From Lingula anatina (taxonomy: Eukaryota > Animalia > Brachiopoda): a stretch of 64,000 bases of DNA. Under the pieces are notes generated by a model. It had not been told where the DNA came from. It made no database searches and saw only the letters and a list, made by a program, of their open reading frames with translations. This document shows, piece after piece, positions 23,601 to 35,830 of the stretch (position 1 is the first letter of the stretch; each line of letters starts with the position of its first letter). Made by a program: the position numbers and the translations under genes. The stretch spans positions 11,346,001-11,410,000 of the forward strand of contig CM120645.1 in the NCBI GenBank assembly GCA_051362555.1, in the 5' to 3' direction.

Positions 23601-26600
23601 ACTCAAGCGCCAGTACCACTCTAGTAGGAAACGCTTTCCGCCTGCCGCGAAACCAGACAAAAATTCATTTCTGTTTAATGACGTTCCAGACCAGTGACGT
23701 CACTCAAGTGATTCGAGTATTTTTCGCCAGATTTCGGATTTCTTCGTGTAACACCGTATTAAGTGTGTATGCAGAAAGAACTGTCCCTGTTCGAACAGAG
23801 GGAGTCTCTCTGCTGGTAAGATTTTTTATTAATTAATTATTTATTTACAAATTTATTTATAAACTAATTTATTCACTTTGAAGCAAAATAGGAGGAAGTC
23901 TTCAATTTGGGCGATGCAGGATAAGAAAGTAAAGGCAAAGCTAAGGCATTAACCTACTGTCCATTTTCTCCCGAATAAGGTACCATTACTATGGTAACAA
24001 GGAATAAAACAAATGAGAGAAAAGTGAAAATGCATCTAATTATAATGATTTTAACAGCACGTGAAGTGGAAACCAAAACGTTTACACTCTAGATCAACAC
24101 AAAGTAATTACCAGGTGCAATCCTTTAGCCACATGCACATTATTTTATAACACTCATTCTGCCTTATATGCTCGCAATGTACTGTTTAAAATGCCCTGCA
24201 TGGTTTTTTTTTCAGTATCGAGTTACCTGTGAGAATTACCATGCGTTCACTCAGAAATACGTGTTCAGCACAGACAGACAGTTGACATTTGTCCTAAGTA
24301 CTCTGCCGGGTGCTGATTTTCACTTCGCTATTGAGATGAGGGGGGTTGCACGACCTGACCCCTTGCTACCCCCGCCTGCCATCAGTCACGTCACAGGTGA
24401 GAGATTCTGAGTGAAATGTTGAATATTTTTCAAAACCTGGAGATTGCAGATAATTGGAGCTTATTAATTGCTCTAATAAAGAATTATTTTAAGCACACAT
24501 TGGCGACAGTGAATTAATAATATTGAATTTATAGGGCACAAATACCCTTGTATTTGTTGTCATTCTGACAGTTAATTTACACATGTTAAGAGGAATACTC
24601 TTTTTTTAAGTATTGTTTAAAAATTTCATAGTATTTGAATTAGAAATTTATATAATAATAAAAATAATAATAATTTATTAAGCCAATATGTGTATTACTG
24701 TGTGATGTATGTAAGTCCTAACAAACCTTTCAACACCTACCTCACCTTTAAAATTTTCTTTCAGTATATCTGGACGACTTTACCAGTGATTGTGGTAGAA
24801 CTTTCGAAGTGGACCCTGATACGGTTATCGTTATAAAAGCCTGGGGCCAAGACGATCCAAACGTGCGCAGGATAGCCCCATACGCCTGTAACGTGCGCAT
24901 GCGCTCTAGTGCGTTGTACGCAGGCAGGGGGAAGCTAAAGGCGACCACTTCAGAGGTTGACATCCCGTGTACAAGCGCCGCGACTCTTTTCGTATATGAC
25001 TCCATAAACTCTGTAAATGCAAAGGTAGGGTAAACATTAGTAAATGCTACTTAAAAACTGAAATCTTGAAGATGTTGGTGAAATAATAAACTTAAGAGTC
25101 CAACCTATGTCCTGTGTGCGTAAAATAGTCTTTCGATATTTTTTTTAACCTTTTTTATATTTACATTGTGTACGCTTAATTTTTAACTGCTTTAAGCAGC
25201 GTATGATGTTCATCATAAAATAAGGTATTTGTGTACTGTCACCTTAACATGTCGGTGGAAATAGAATTCATTGATGTCAATAACTGTTTCAATCATAAGA
25301 CACGTGTTTGTTGATTTCAACGGTTTATTTCCCGCCAGATGCGACTTGGGTCTCAGAGGTGTAACAGTTCAGCCCAGAGACATCAGGAGATCGTGTCGTC
25401 ACAGCCTTACCTGAAACTTTCCCTGACGAGGACGCAGAACAGCATCGATTTCAACCTGGAACTCACCGTCAAACAAACGCAAACTGTGGTCACCGTCTCT
25501 CCCATTGAAACTGATGAAGGCATTTCCATTTGTAAGTCACGTTACAGAGTCAAAAGAAAACTCAAATCCTGTTCTCTTTTTTGTTATTTACAATTTTACA
25601 TAAACAACGCGACTCCCTCCAATCCCATAGAGGCAGCACTTGGTTAATTCGTCTCCGCCACCAGAGGGACAGGACACAATGCTCCGTCTCCTCTAACACA
25701 ATGTACCACAATTTTTGACAGTCACAATTATTTGGTGCGTAGCTTGACACATGGTGGCAGTAGGCCTACCCTATTAGTGGATGTATGAATTCATGCCTAA
25801 TTATGAGCAACCATTTCCCAGTTTTTAGGAAAACTTTTACGCATCCCAATTTGCAAGCTACGATCTTATCAATCAATATAAATGAAAACAATAAGCATCC
25901 CTGCACGTATATTGCATTGTATCGTAAAGTACTAGCAATACAACGTCCTCTACCGGATGTTCATGATAAATATTAAGGCAATTTTATTCAATTTAATATT
26001 AAATTTAATTATCCAGATTACATGGACGGTTACGGCGACAACTGTAACAAAACCCACGTGCTGGACACGGGAAAAGAGATACAAATCCGAGCGTGGAGTC
26101 ACGAGGGGCGAGTAGGCGGCGGCGCATGTGCAATGCGATTCATAGGCAATGGTCACACCGACTCGTATTCCATTTTCTGGGTTCAATTTCCCAGCAGTGT
26201 GCATTTTCCTGGCCAAGGATGTTCACTGTGGGTGGAACAGCAGTTTTCAAAGCTGACCCTCTACTCAAACAATAATAGCTCTAAGGTGAATTTATAGTAC
26301 AGAACCAATGTTGATGTAACTAAATGATCTTTTGTCAAGGCAAAATATGAATATGACACCTCGTGATAGCTCAGTAGCTTATCCTGTTTGAATACTCCCT
26401 ATTTTCTTGCTCATGACCTCTTAGTACCTAAGTTCAAACGACAGAGCACTCACAAATCCCAACTTTTCAAAGTAGTTTTTTCCCTTTTTTAAAGACGGTC
26501 CTCCAATGCATGTCGATTCCGCCCAGTGAGCTGTATTCCCACGGAGAGCTCACTCTGCTGTTGGAGCCAAAGTCCAAAGCCGACTACGACTTCACGTTTA

Positions 26601-27585
26601 ACATTAAACACGTCCAGGCTCCCATGAAACCCACGCGGGCCATGGTCACTCAAAGACCTTCCCGTAAGTATCGAACAAGCATGAAATATATTATAACAAA
26701 CTTATTATGAAGTATAAATTTTGTCACCCTTTTTAAGAAAAACTGTTGTTGGATTTCTACAAAATATATCTGAAAGAATAATTTATTCGTTGAACATTAT
26801 TTAATATTTATTTCATTTTTTCTTGCTAAATTGTATAGCTCTGGCCATCACTGCGGGTGGGATATCAGGAATAGTTATCGGCAGTGTCATTTTGCTGGTT
26901 GCTATAGTGGTTGTCGTGGGAACGGTGAGGAGAGGGGAGTGTCAGCGCATGCGGGCTTCTTGGCAACGACGGTGCATGCGCGCGGCGGGAACATCAGAAG
27001 GCGTTCAAGTTTCATTGGGTAATTTAGGTTAACCTTGTAAAGTGACAATATATAGGGTGTTTTTAAACTCAGAGGATTGTTTAGATTTTTTTCTGTCCCT
27101 GCATACTTTTACTATGAAAATGAACTTGCTAAAAAGAAGTAGACTTAATTTAACCTTGAAATCAACAGCTTTACCTATTTCTGCCATTTTCAGGCAACTC
27201 GGAACTGTATGGCCTGCCGAGGTACGAAGATCTGCAGTTTACATACAAGCAGCCTCCACCTCCGTACTCGGGGAAAGGTAATGAAGGCTATCAGCCTGAC
27301 GAGTTTATAGCACCCCCGCCGTACACGGAATCCATGCAGAATCTACAGGTGTGCACCCCAACGGCGCAGGAGAGACGAAGTAGATACAGTTCTATGCAGG
27401 AGCTGAGAGAACTTGCTGAAAATGACATGACGTCGTCAGTGACGTTACCACTTCCACGTGATGCTGAAACGGACCAGGCGCCACCCCCTCGTGAGCAATA
27501 TGCGGCAATGGCGCCAACTTCCAGTGACGGTCAGTCGAGAGCTGGAGTTGAAGGAGCTCGTCCATTCTCGGAAACCACGGTGTAG
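20241..27585 (+). CDS. Multi-exon type I membrane protein (~957 aa): signal peptide, five divergent CUB-like repeats, TM, cytoplasmic PPxY tail
   Basis: 13 exons with GT-AG sites and consistent phases: 20241-20337, 20811-21106, 21442-21571, 22284-22531, 23124-23313, 23547-23815, 24216-24396, 24765-25024, 25339-25531, 26017-26285, 26495-26663, 26839-27018, 27194-27585 (2874 nt). Signal MMAAARSFWLQVLSISLVWCLVIP; repeats begin Y(Y/F)(M/L)D..C; TM GGISGIVIGSVILLVAIVVVV; tail LPRY, PPPPY, PPPY. CUB assignment rests on Cys spacing and beta-strand pattern only. Confidence 0.8.
20519..20678. repeat. (GA)n and (ATT)n microsatellites in intron 1
   Basis: GA run ~20519-20548; ATT run ~20633-20678. Confidence 0.9.
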
Positions 27586-30500
27586 ATGGCTGTGCATATT
27601 TGAAAACATGTTCAGTGCACTGTATATATGTTATATATTTTGACTTGTTGGTTATTCGGACTTCATGTGATATCACGAAAATTTGTTAGTATCATTTAAA
27701 AGTGAACTTTATAGGATTACATTGCATTTTTTTATTCAATCATCGAGTGGCATTAATCTGAAGTCAGAACCACAAAAGTTCTGTAATAATATTTCATTTT
27801 ATACTCAGAATATTTATTTTCTGTGGTCTGGAGTCCATTGACAGTGCTAGAAAAACATTTGCCAAAAATTTGCAAGTGTCGTTAATCTATAAATAATCGT
27901 CTCCGAACTAGGTCACCAGAACAGTGGCGGAGGTGCAGTATTTCAAATTCTCCATTTAGCATTCCACATTAAGAAAGACAAAGAAACAAACGTTTCTGTA
28001 TATAGCGTAATTATCAATAAGCCAAGCAGGGCTTCTTACCATATATATAATTGCTTCTGTTTTACATATATATAATTTATATTCGAACTACATGTAGGCC
28101 TATATGTAAATACTTTATAGCTTTTGAGGTTTTCTAAGGATCGAGACCCCTTAAATGGGTCTACTTTAAGGGATATTTCCAGGTTATCCCTGGTCAGGTG
28201 CACAAAACTTCAATACAATGCTCTACAAAGTAAACTCATTTTAAATATTGTCAACCTTCAACATACATACCCTCTACCAGCGCGGCAGATTATATAGGGA
28301 AAAATGGAAAAATCCACACAGAGCCAAATGACTGTCTATTTATCTAGAGACATATCTGTGAACATCTGTGAAAAATCAATCTGTCGCCCTGGTAGAGTGG
28401 TAGACGGTACAACATACATGGCTGTATTAATACTTGTGACCGTTTTTCTAGGTGCTATCTTTTTAGACAAAATATACGTTCTGGGCATCTCCAAATGTTT
28501 GCTGAAGTCCATGACATAGTGACGAAAATCATATAGTTCTGTGATTGTATTGTGCAATTAGCTATTGGTCAGCACTGCTGATGACAAAATTCTCTCTCCA
28601 AATAAAGTTTTCTACTATATTGTCATTGAATGTACATGGTAGTTCATTAGCACGTTTGTGGACATTGTGGAGGCATACTCTCAAAATTTTATTTAAAATG
28701 GAAAAAAATCAAACGGTCGCCAAATAATGAATTTGCCAGACTGGCCACGTGAGCAAAATATGCACGCAGATGTGTATTTTAATGGAGAGAAACATATTTA
28801 TAACTTGATTTCTACGTACAACGTGCATGGTGTCGCATCATGTGTTTGTTTTAGTTTTAATTAAAAAATCGGCTGTTATCTTCCGTCTTAAGTACATTTT
28901 TTATTTATATTGCTTCAAAATAAATTCAGTTAATCGCGAATGCTAAGAGCGTTTGATGAACTATATTCTCCCGAAAAATAAAAGAGACGTGCCTAAATTT
29001 TCTGAGGTCACCACAGTAAGTAGCAGACGGTATGAAGAACTTCAGGCTTAGCTTAGTCTTGTTTTTGGACGGGAAAGTAGAGGCTAGTTGTCTTTTCAAT
29101 TATTTGTGATGTGCAGCTTAGCCGGCTAACATTATTACATGTAGTAGGCTTACGTAAGATCACAGTCCCCATTTACCTTTGGTGGAAGCCATAGCGTGAT
29201 TGATTATATATTTGCTGCTTATGCTCGTGCCTGGCCGGAGTCGGCATTTTTTTTTTTTTTGCACAAATCAACCAAATGTTTCGCTAAAGGTGTTTAAGTA
29301 AACTTATTAAATTGGTTAAAGATCCTGCAAATTATGGCGCATTAAAGTTACTCCACCAAAGATTAAAATATTTTGTTACTGATCTAGACAACCTGTCCTT
29401 TGTTCTTCTTTCAGTCTTAACGAGGACTGTCATGCAAGGGGGGATCAGATGTGGCCGTTGCACCGTCCTGTTGTGGTCAGTTGTGGTCAGTTTGGTGTGA
29501 CCACTGGCGATAGCTATGCGCTTCGTTCACATTCCACTCTGCATTTGCTGCTCTGCGAATGTGTCTTAGTTAAATTTCGATCTAGATATTTTACCAATAC
29601 ACATGGGGATTTGCCGTTTTAACTTATCTATTAATTGTTAGAAGACAGTAGTACAACAAGCGGTGGTCGTTTTTATGGCAAAGTCTTTTTATAAGGTATT
29701 GCAAAGCGCCTTTTTCTTATTGCCTGATAAGGGTGGGATCTGTTTAGGTCACTGAATTGTGAAATGGAAGCGTGAATGTTATGTCAGTCCCTTTTTTTGC
29801 AAATACTGAGTTTGTGCAAAGTTGGTGAAAACGTGAGGGAGAGAATAGAATTTCCACCACATCAAAAAGACTTAGAACGGTAAAGATGCACATGAACCGC
29901 CCCTTAGATCATCTTTTGCCGGTGTCAGAGTTGTCTGCAGAGGAACGCAGTGAGCCGATTTAAACCCAGCCACGCAGACACCTAATCATCGTACAAATCA
30001 CAGGCGTGTCTACGAGTATATCACCATTAACATAATTTAGCCGACAAATTAATGGTTATCTTTGCCATTTTGGTATTCTCCATAATAGTAGGGCCAGAAT
30101 ACATGTCAATTGTGACAAGATAGATTTGGCTCTTTTACATGATACATGAGAAACTAATCTCTCTCTCTTTCTCTCTCTCTCTCTCTCACACGCTCGCGCT
30201 CGCGCGCTCGCGCTCACAAACAAAGTCAAAACAAAGAAGAACACGTGTGTGCTTTTGGAATAGAACGGAATAGAGCTACGTGTGCGCGTGTTGTTTACAA
30301 ATAGGACGGCAAATATCTAACCCATATATTGTCGTTAACTATTAAATGCTCCTCAGCCAAATTAAAATTCTTCTGAACATAACCCTGACAACACACGATT
30401 CTTAATACCCCCCACGCACGTGAAAGTTACAATTAAATTACATGCACTTTTGTGTTCACGTTTCTTGCACGTGATCATTCAACATGAATTTCTGCCTATC

Positions 30501-31324
30501 CTTGTGTTTTGCACCCGTTTGTCTGACCAGCTCTACTTTTACCTTCAATAAACGCACAAAAAAAAAAAAAAAAAAAAATCGTACACAAAGTGTAAGGCAC
30601 AAAACAACTTCAGTTTTTATTTACAAGTAGATACATATTTATTCCTGAAAGATAGTAAATTGAATGATAATGGTTTAGATGACGATATATAGATATATAA
30701 ATGCAAAACGACAGTTGGCTTGAACTTGTGATTTAGCACAGCTTCACTCGCGACACACAAATGCCAAGCATGTAGGCAGGACGTGTGCTATGACAAAGGC
30801 AGCAAGGTATGTGCATTTCTAGCCAAATAAGGCTGGATCCGTTTTACCAAATGCTAACCAAAATGCGCTCATTGTCTCGAATACGTTAATTCTACTGCTA
30901 CTAAAAAGTCATGCTCACTATATACATGTCTGCATTTAACAGACGTAATTATTCAACCGTTAACTTCTGAACTTTCAGATATGTATGCCCATTTGTCTCG
31001 GTCCCATTGTGTAGAATGACAGACATTAAATATTTTTCGTTCTCAGTTCTCGAAAACGTTACTTTTTCATTTAATGTTCAAATGTGTGAAGAGGCATAAG
31101 GCCCGGCGCTAGGACGGCCACAAGTGGGAATGCAAATTCAAGTTGAAAATATTCCAACTCTTGTTACTTGTTCCAGAGCAACAAAATCTCCATTCCGAGA
31201 CATTCTTTGTGTTTCCCGGGCCATTTATTCACATTCTCCGGCTGTTTTCGGCACTTTCCGGAGGTCGGTAGGCCTACTCTCTCAGCTGTGAACTACTTGC
31301 TCAGTCCTTCCCTATATTAGCTGC

Positions 31325-34300
31325 TCATTCTGGGAGAGTGATTGCCGAAGTGAACTGCTTGTTCTCAGTCTGGGGCTCCGTCAGATCGAGGGTGCTGGCA
31401 ACACTGACGCAGTCTTCGCTGAACACAAACATGTCATGTGGGCCGCTGTCACGTGGCTTCCTTTGTCTTTGTCTTTTCGGTTTCCTCACTTCTTCACGTG
31501 GCATGGTTGCGAGACCACTCTCAAACACAGGCGAGAACATTGGAGAATTTCCGCGACTTGGGCCGTTGGGGTATCTCTCCGGGTTATGGACGTTCCTCTG
31601 GAGACTCTGAGTGGCTCTGTAATACCCGGCATCGTATCCGTTGTAGTGAGGTTGGGGGTTTCTTCTATCCATGTAACGGGGTCCCCTGCCGCCGGGACGG
31701 CTAGAGGCCATTGAGCACACAGATCGGGTGTCGTCGTATCTTGGACGGAATCCCCTGGGGGTGGTTCTCATCTCCAAGCTGTCCACGGACGCGGCCTCAT
31801 CAGAAGTGTTAGTGTAATCGTCGTACAGGACGTCAGTACTGCGGCTGAGAGCGTTCCTGTGAAGGATGTACCGTGGCTCCTCACGTGAGATGGAGGGGAG
31901 GGGACCGGTGCGATGACCTCTGTACGGGGCCATGTCCCTGTGTAAGGTGCTGGGTGTCATCGTGATCTGAAAGTGAAACAGAAACGAAACTGAAACATAC
32001 TGTGTCGGTACATAGACGGCAGAGAAAACAGTTAACATTGTACACATATATGACTAAGTAAAACATTTTCGTTGATATACGCTTACTTTTCCGTATGATA
32101 CAAAGATGTAAACGCGAGGTAATTATTTCTTGTAAGAATTCAAAACATTGAATATGACAAACAGAATATATCACAAAACTACACAATAATAAAATCTCTT
32201 TCTTAGAAAGAATCTTACACGTCTTTCTTAAAAATAACCCAAATATGAATCTCCCACCGCACGAAGAAATATCTTGCTATTGACCTATTGACTACAACTT
32301 ACCACGCTGCGATCGTCCATCTCCAGATAAGGTCCTTTATACCCATGGCCAGAGCGTCCAAGAGTGGATTCATATTGATACTTCTGTGCCTTGACTTCTC
32401 TTTGCCTGTGGATTAAAAAAAGATAAACCATAAATATAATCGTCAGATATCCTCTTTTAGTGACAATATTTCCAAATAAATCTGTTATCAAGAATCCAAG
32501 TATGTTTGCCAAGTATATATATATATATATATATGTTTCATTAAATGCAGCCACTGAAGTGTCATTCACATAAACTGCATTCATAAATTATAAGTCGATT
32601 ATTAAAAACGGTATACCCCCCTCCACTTTAACGTGAATATAGCCATCAAATGGTAAAGGGGCTTATTTTCAAAATTTTCAATTTCCCAACTTCAGTGAAG
32701 TCGAAAGTAACAAGAGATGGCGCTAAGACCGAAACACGAATTAAAAACGCGTTAACTAGCCTCGGTAAACAGCGTTTTAATTAAAGAAGTTTTAGTGTAG
32801 TATCAGAAGTGGGATCAAAACCTCAGAGATATGCCCTATATGTTTTTCACCGTGCTAAAGTTGTTTATTCTTTCAAGTTTATAAGTCTATCGTATGTGCA
32901 ATTAAAACCTTCCTCTTGATACTTACAATCTATTTCTCTTCCTTTTGTGCACCAGGACAATGATAAGAATGATAAAACTGGCCACCAAGATAAGCCCACC
33001 AGCTAAAGCTCCACCTATGAGTATGTAGAGATGTCTGTCATCTTCTGCCTCTTTAGACTCCTTCTCATTGGTTGGAGTGGGGTTTGTGCTCTTCTCGAAG
33101 TGAGGAGTCTGAGGAGGGATATCGTTGCTTAAGTCCTCATTTACAGACGACTCGGTAGTTTCTTGAGTTACAGTAAATATGGTCGTTCTGGTCGTAGTTG
33201 TGGTTGGCTTGGTCGTGGTTGTTGTTGGCGTTGTAGTTGTAGTTGGTGTTGTGGTTGTTGTTGGCGTCGTTGTGGTCGTTGTTGGCTTGGTGGTTGTCGT
33301 CGGTGTGGTTGTTGTCGTTGGGGTTGTTGTCGTTGTTGTGGTTGGAGTAGTAGTTGTGGTTGTTGGTGTCGTTGTCGTTGTAGGTGTCGTAGTTGTAGTT
33401 GTAGAAGTTGTGGATTGCGTCGTAGTTGTTGATGATGAGGTTATCCACCAGGTGGGGGAAATGTCGCACACGAAGCCACATTCCTGTGAGGCGGAGGAGA
33501 AGAAAGTCCCACTGGGGCACCGCCTCTCGACCCACCTCCCGAAATTACACTCAAAGTATATGGAACAGCTCACTGTATCAGGACATTTGAGGCCCTGGTC
33601 GCGAATGTCTAAACACAGTCCACAGGTACCTGAAGAAAAAAACAAGCAAAAATTATAGCCTAAAGTAGACAGAACGCAGAAGCATGTCTCAATGGAAATG
33701 TCAAACTACACATTCAATCTCCAGATGCCAAAGAAAGAGTTTGAAAACGTAGCATTGTATTATTTTGACTGAGAATCTCGGGAAATTCATTTTCTACATC
33801 AGCCCCAAAACACCACATATTTTTCATGATAAAGGTAGGCCCTATGTGGTCGGTAAAAGAATGTCACCCGTTAATATCACAACGGTAACTTAAGGTTAAA
33901 ACAAAAAAGAAATGAACGGCTTGTGAGATCTTGTAACCAAGTCATAAATCCTGGGTGATATATCTATAACAGTGGGCAAACGGACACTGAAAACCACAGC
34001 TGGCTGGCGCGATATTCTGTTCCGTGACGAAGATGTAGTGAGGGGGACATGAACAGATAAAACAATGAAGGAAAATTATATACATCTCGTGTGTTTAAAA
34101 CATAATTTATATTATGTTAAATTATATGGCGATTTGGTGTTGCATAACGAAACAACCTGTATCTAAATAAATCACAAATTGGAATGTTTTAGATTTTGCA
34201 AAACAAACAATTGGCCGGGATTTCTTGTCATGTGCAAAATCTTGTCTCACCTTCCCTACCGCAAGTTATGTAAAAGAGTTTTACAAAAATGGGCACGGGT

Positions 34301-35830
34301 AAGAAATTTTTCCTGAACAGGCGCTACTAATATATAAAAAATTGTGTGGATGCAAAAAAAAGTACATAAACAAGAAGATAACAGTTACCATCTTGTACCG
34401 AGCTAGACGGTTGGCTGCCTACACTTAATCACTACATTTTACCCAACTCATTGTTAAGCCAAAAAAATCCGCATGAGGCTTCCCAAAGACATAAAAAATT
34501 ATACAAGAAAAAACTCAGTGAAGATCGACATGGAGGCATTTTTTCTTTCATTTATTTAACAATGGACCTCTATTGTTTTCAATAGAAAACATTTGCTGCA
34601 TCACTACATGGGATTCCCACATGCAATCCCTTTAACATTCTTCGAATTTTAACTTGAGATAACAGGCAAGAAAATAAGGGATGAGAACCCTGATGACTGT
34701 GTAATTTATGGCCAGAAAAATAATTTCATATTCACCATAGATGGCTATCATAACGCGCACTCTTCCGACTCAGAGGAAGGAAAAACAGGAAAACGTCATT
34801 CCACCCCTATCGAAAAACATCATTGATATATTATGAAAGGTAAAGCACCTGAAACACTGTTGGAACGTGTCGGTCTTGCCCGAGTCTTTGTTTAAGGCAG
34901 TAGCCAAATTATGCGATAAAATCTTCCCAAGCAAAGGCTTATTCACAAAGATCTTGTGAAATACAATCATTTGATGTGTTAATGTAATTATCTAACATCA
35001 TGCGACACAGATCTTTGTGAAGAGGGTGAGTCAGGCGCTCCCATTATCGTCATTAGAAAGGTAATTACAGTGTGACTTTATGTAATATACCAAATGTTTC
35101 CGCTCTTAAACAATGCCGCACTGAATTTGTTACTTTAAATCATATCTCACGGGCATCGCTTAATTTCTTGTTCTTAGTTACTAATTACATATTGGACCCA
35201 ACCCCATAAAGAGTTGAAAATGGCTTCTTGTTGTACTTGATATATGACCTGTCGGTTGCTGCGTGCACTTTTATGAAGAATTCTATTGTCTACTTATTTT
35301 TCACATTAAATCGAATGAAAGTTACGCGAGCATGTAGACCCATAGATGCAGAACCAACGATTACGAAACAATCATATTAAGCGCTTTACGAAATCTTAAG
35401 ACCACTTTAATGTATCCTTGAGTCCATTATACAAAGCTCGGTCCATATTTAGGTATAAAATAATTAATGGCACAAGTAAATTATCAGTTTTAGTAATTGG
35501 CTTAAGTATACATCTATACACATTATTCAGAGGCGGATCGAGAGATATTTTCTGAGAGTCTTCTATCATCCATTTTTGACCGTCCCCAACAGAAAAAAAA
35601 ATAGATGACCGTCAAAGTAAACTAGAGGATATATGACTTTTTTTCGGAAGTCTCAAAAGAATGCTTCCATCCATGCCACCCCCGTAATATTTTCAATAAA
35701 TTTGTAATATGCTTTAAGTCGTCGTAATATATACTGCGAACTTACCGTCACGTATTGCTTTCACCACACCACTCAAGGCAAACAAAGTTAGAAACACTAT
35801 ATTCCTGAGCAATCTTAGGTTTCCTTCCAT
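31325..35830 (-). CDS. Chitin-binding type-2 (peritrophin-A/CBM14-like) mucin-stalk transmembrane protein, paralog 1 (~510 aa)
   Basis: Exons 35830-35746 (signal MEGNLRLLRNIVFLTLFALSGVVKA), 33629-32927 (CSIYFECNFGRWVERRCPSGTFFS...C, poly-Thr/Pro stalk, TM LYILIGGALAGGLILVASFIILIIVLV), 32405-32303, 31966-31325. Intron phases 1,2,0; 1533 nt open frame. Confidence 0.8.
33185..33435 (-). repeat. Thr/Pro-rich coding tandem repeat (mucin stalk)
   Basis: PTTTTT-type repeats (ACN codons) inside exon 2. Confidence 0.9.

Noticed and set aside
30547-30578. AATAAA followed by an A-run (possible retrocopy tail)
   Set aside because: Spacing is short and no target-site duplication or parent sequence was seen; A/T runs are common here.
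33137-33658. Val-rich, Cys-rich and Asn-rich ORFs in alternative frames
   Set aside because: Shadows of the Thr-codon mucin repeat; the same applies to 56983-57478.
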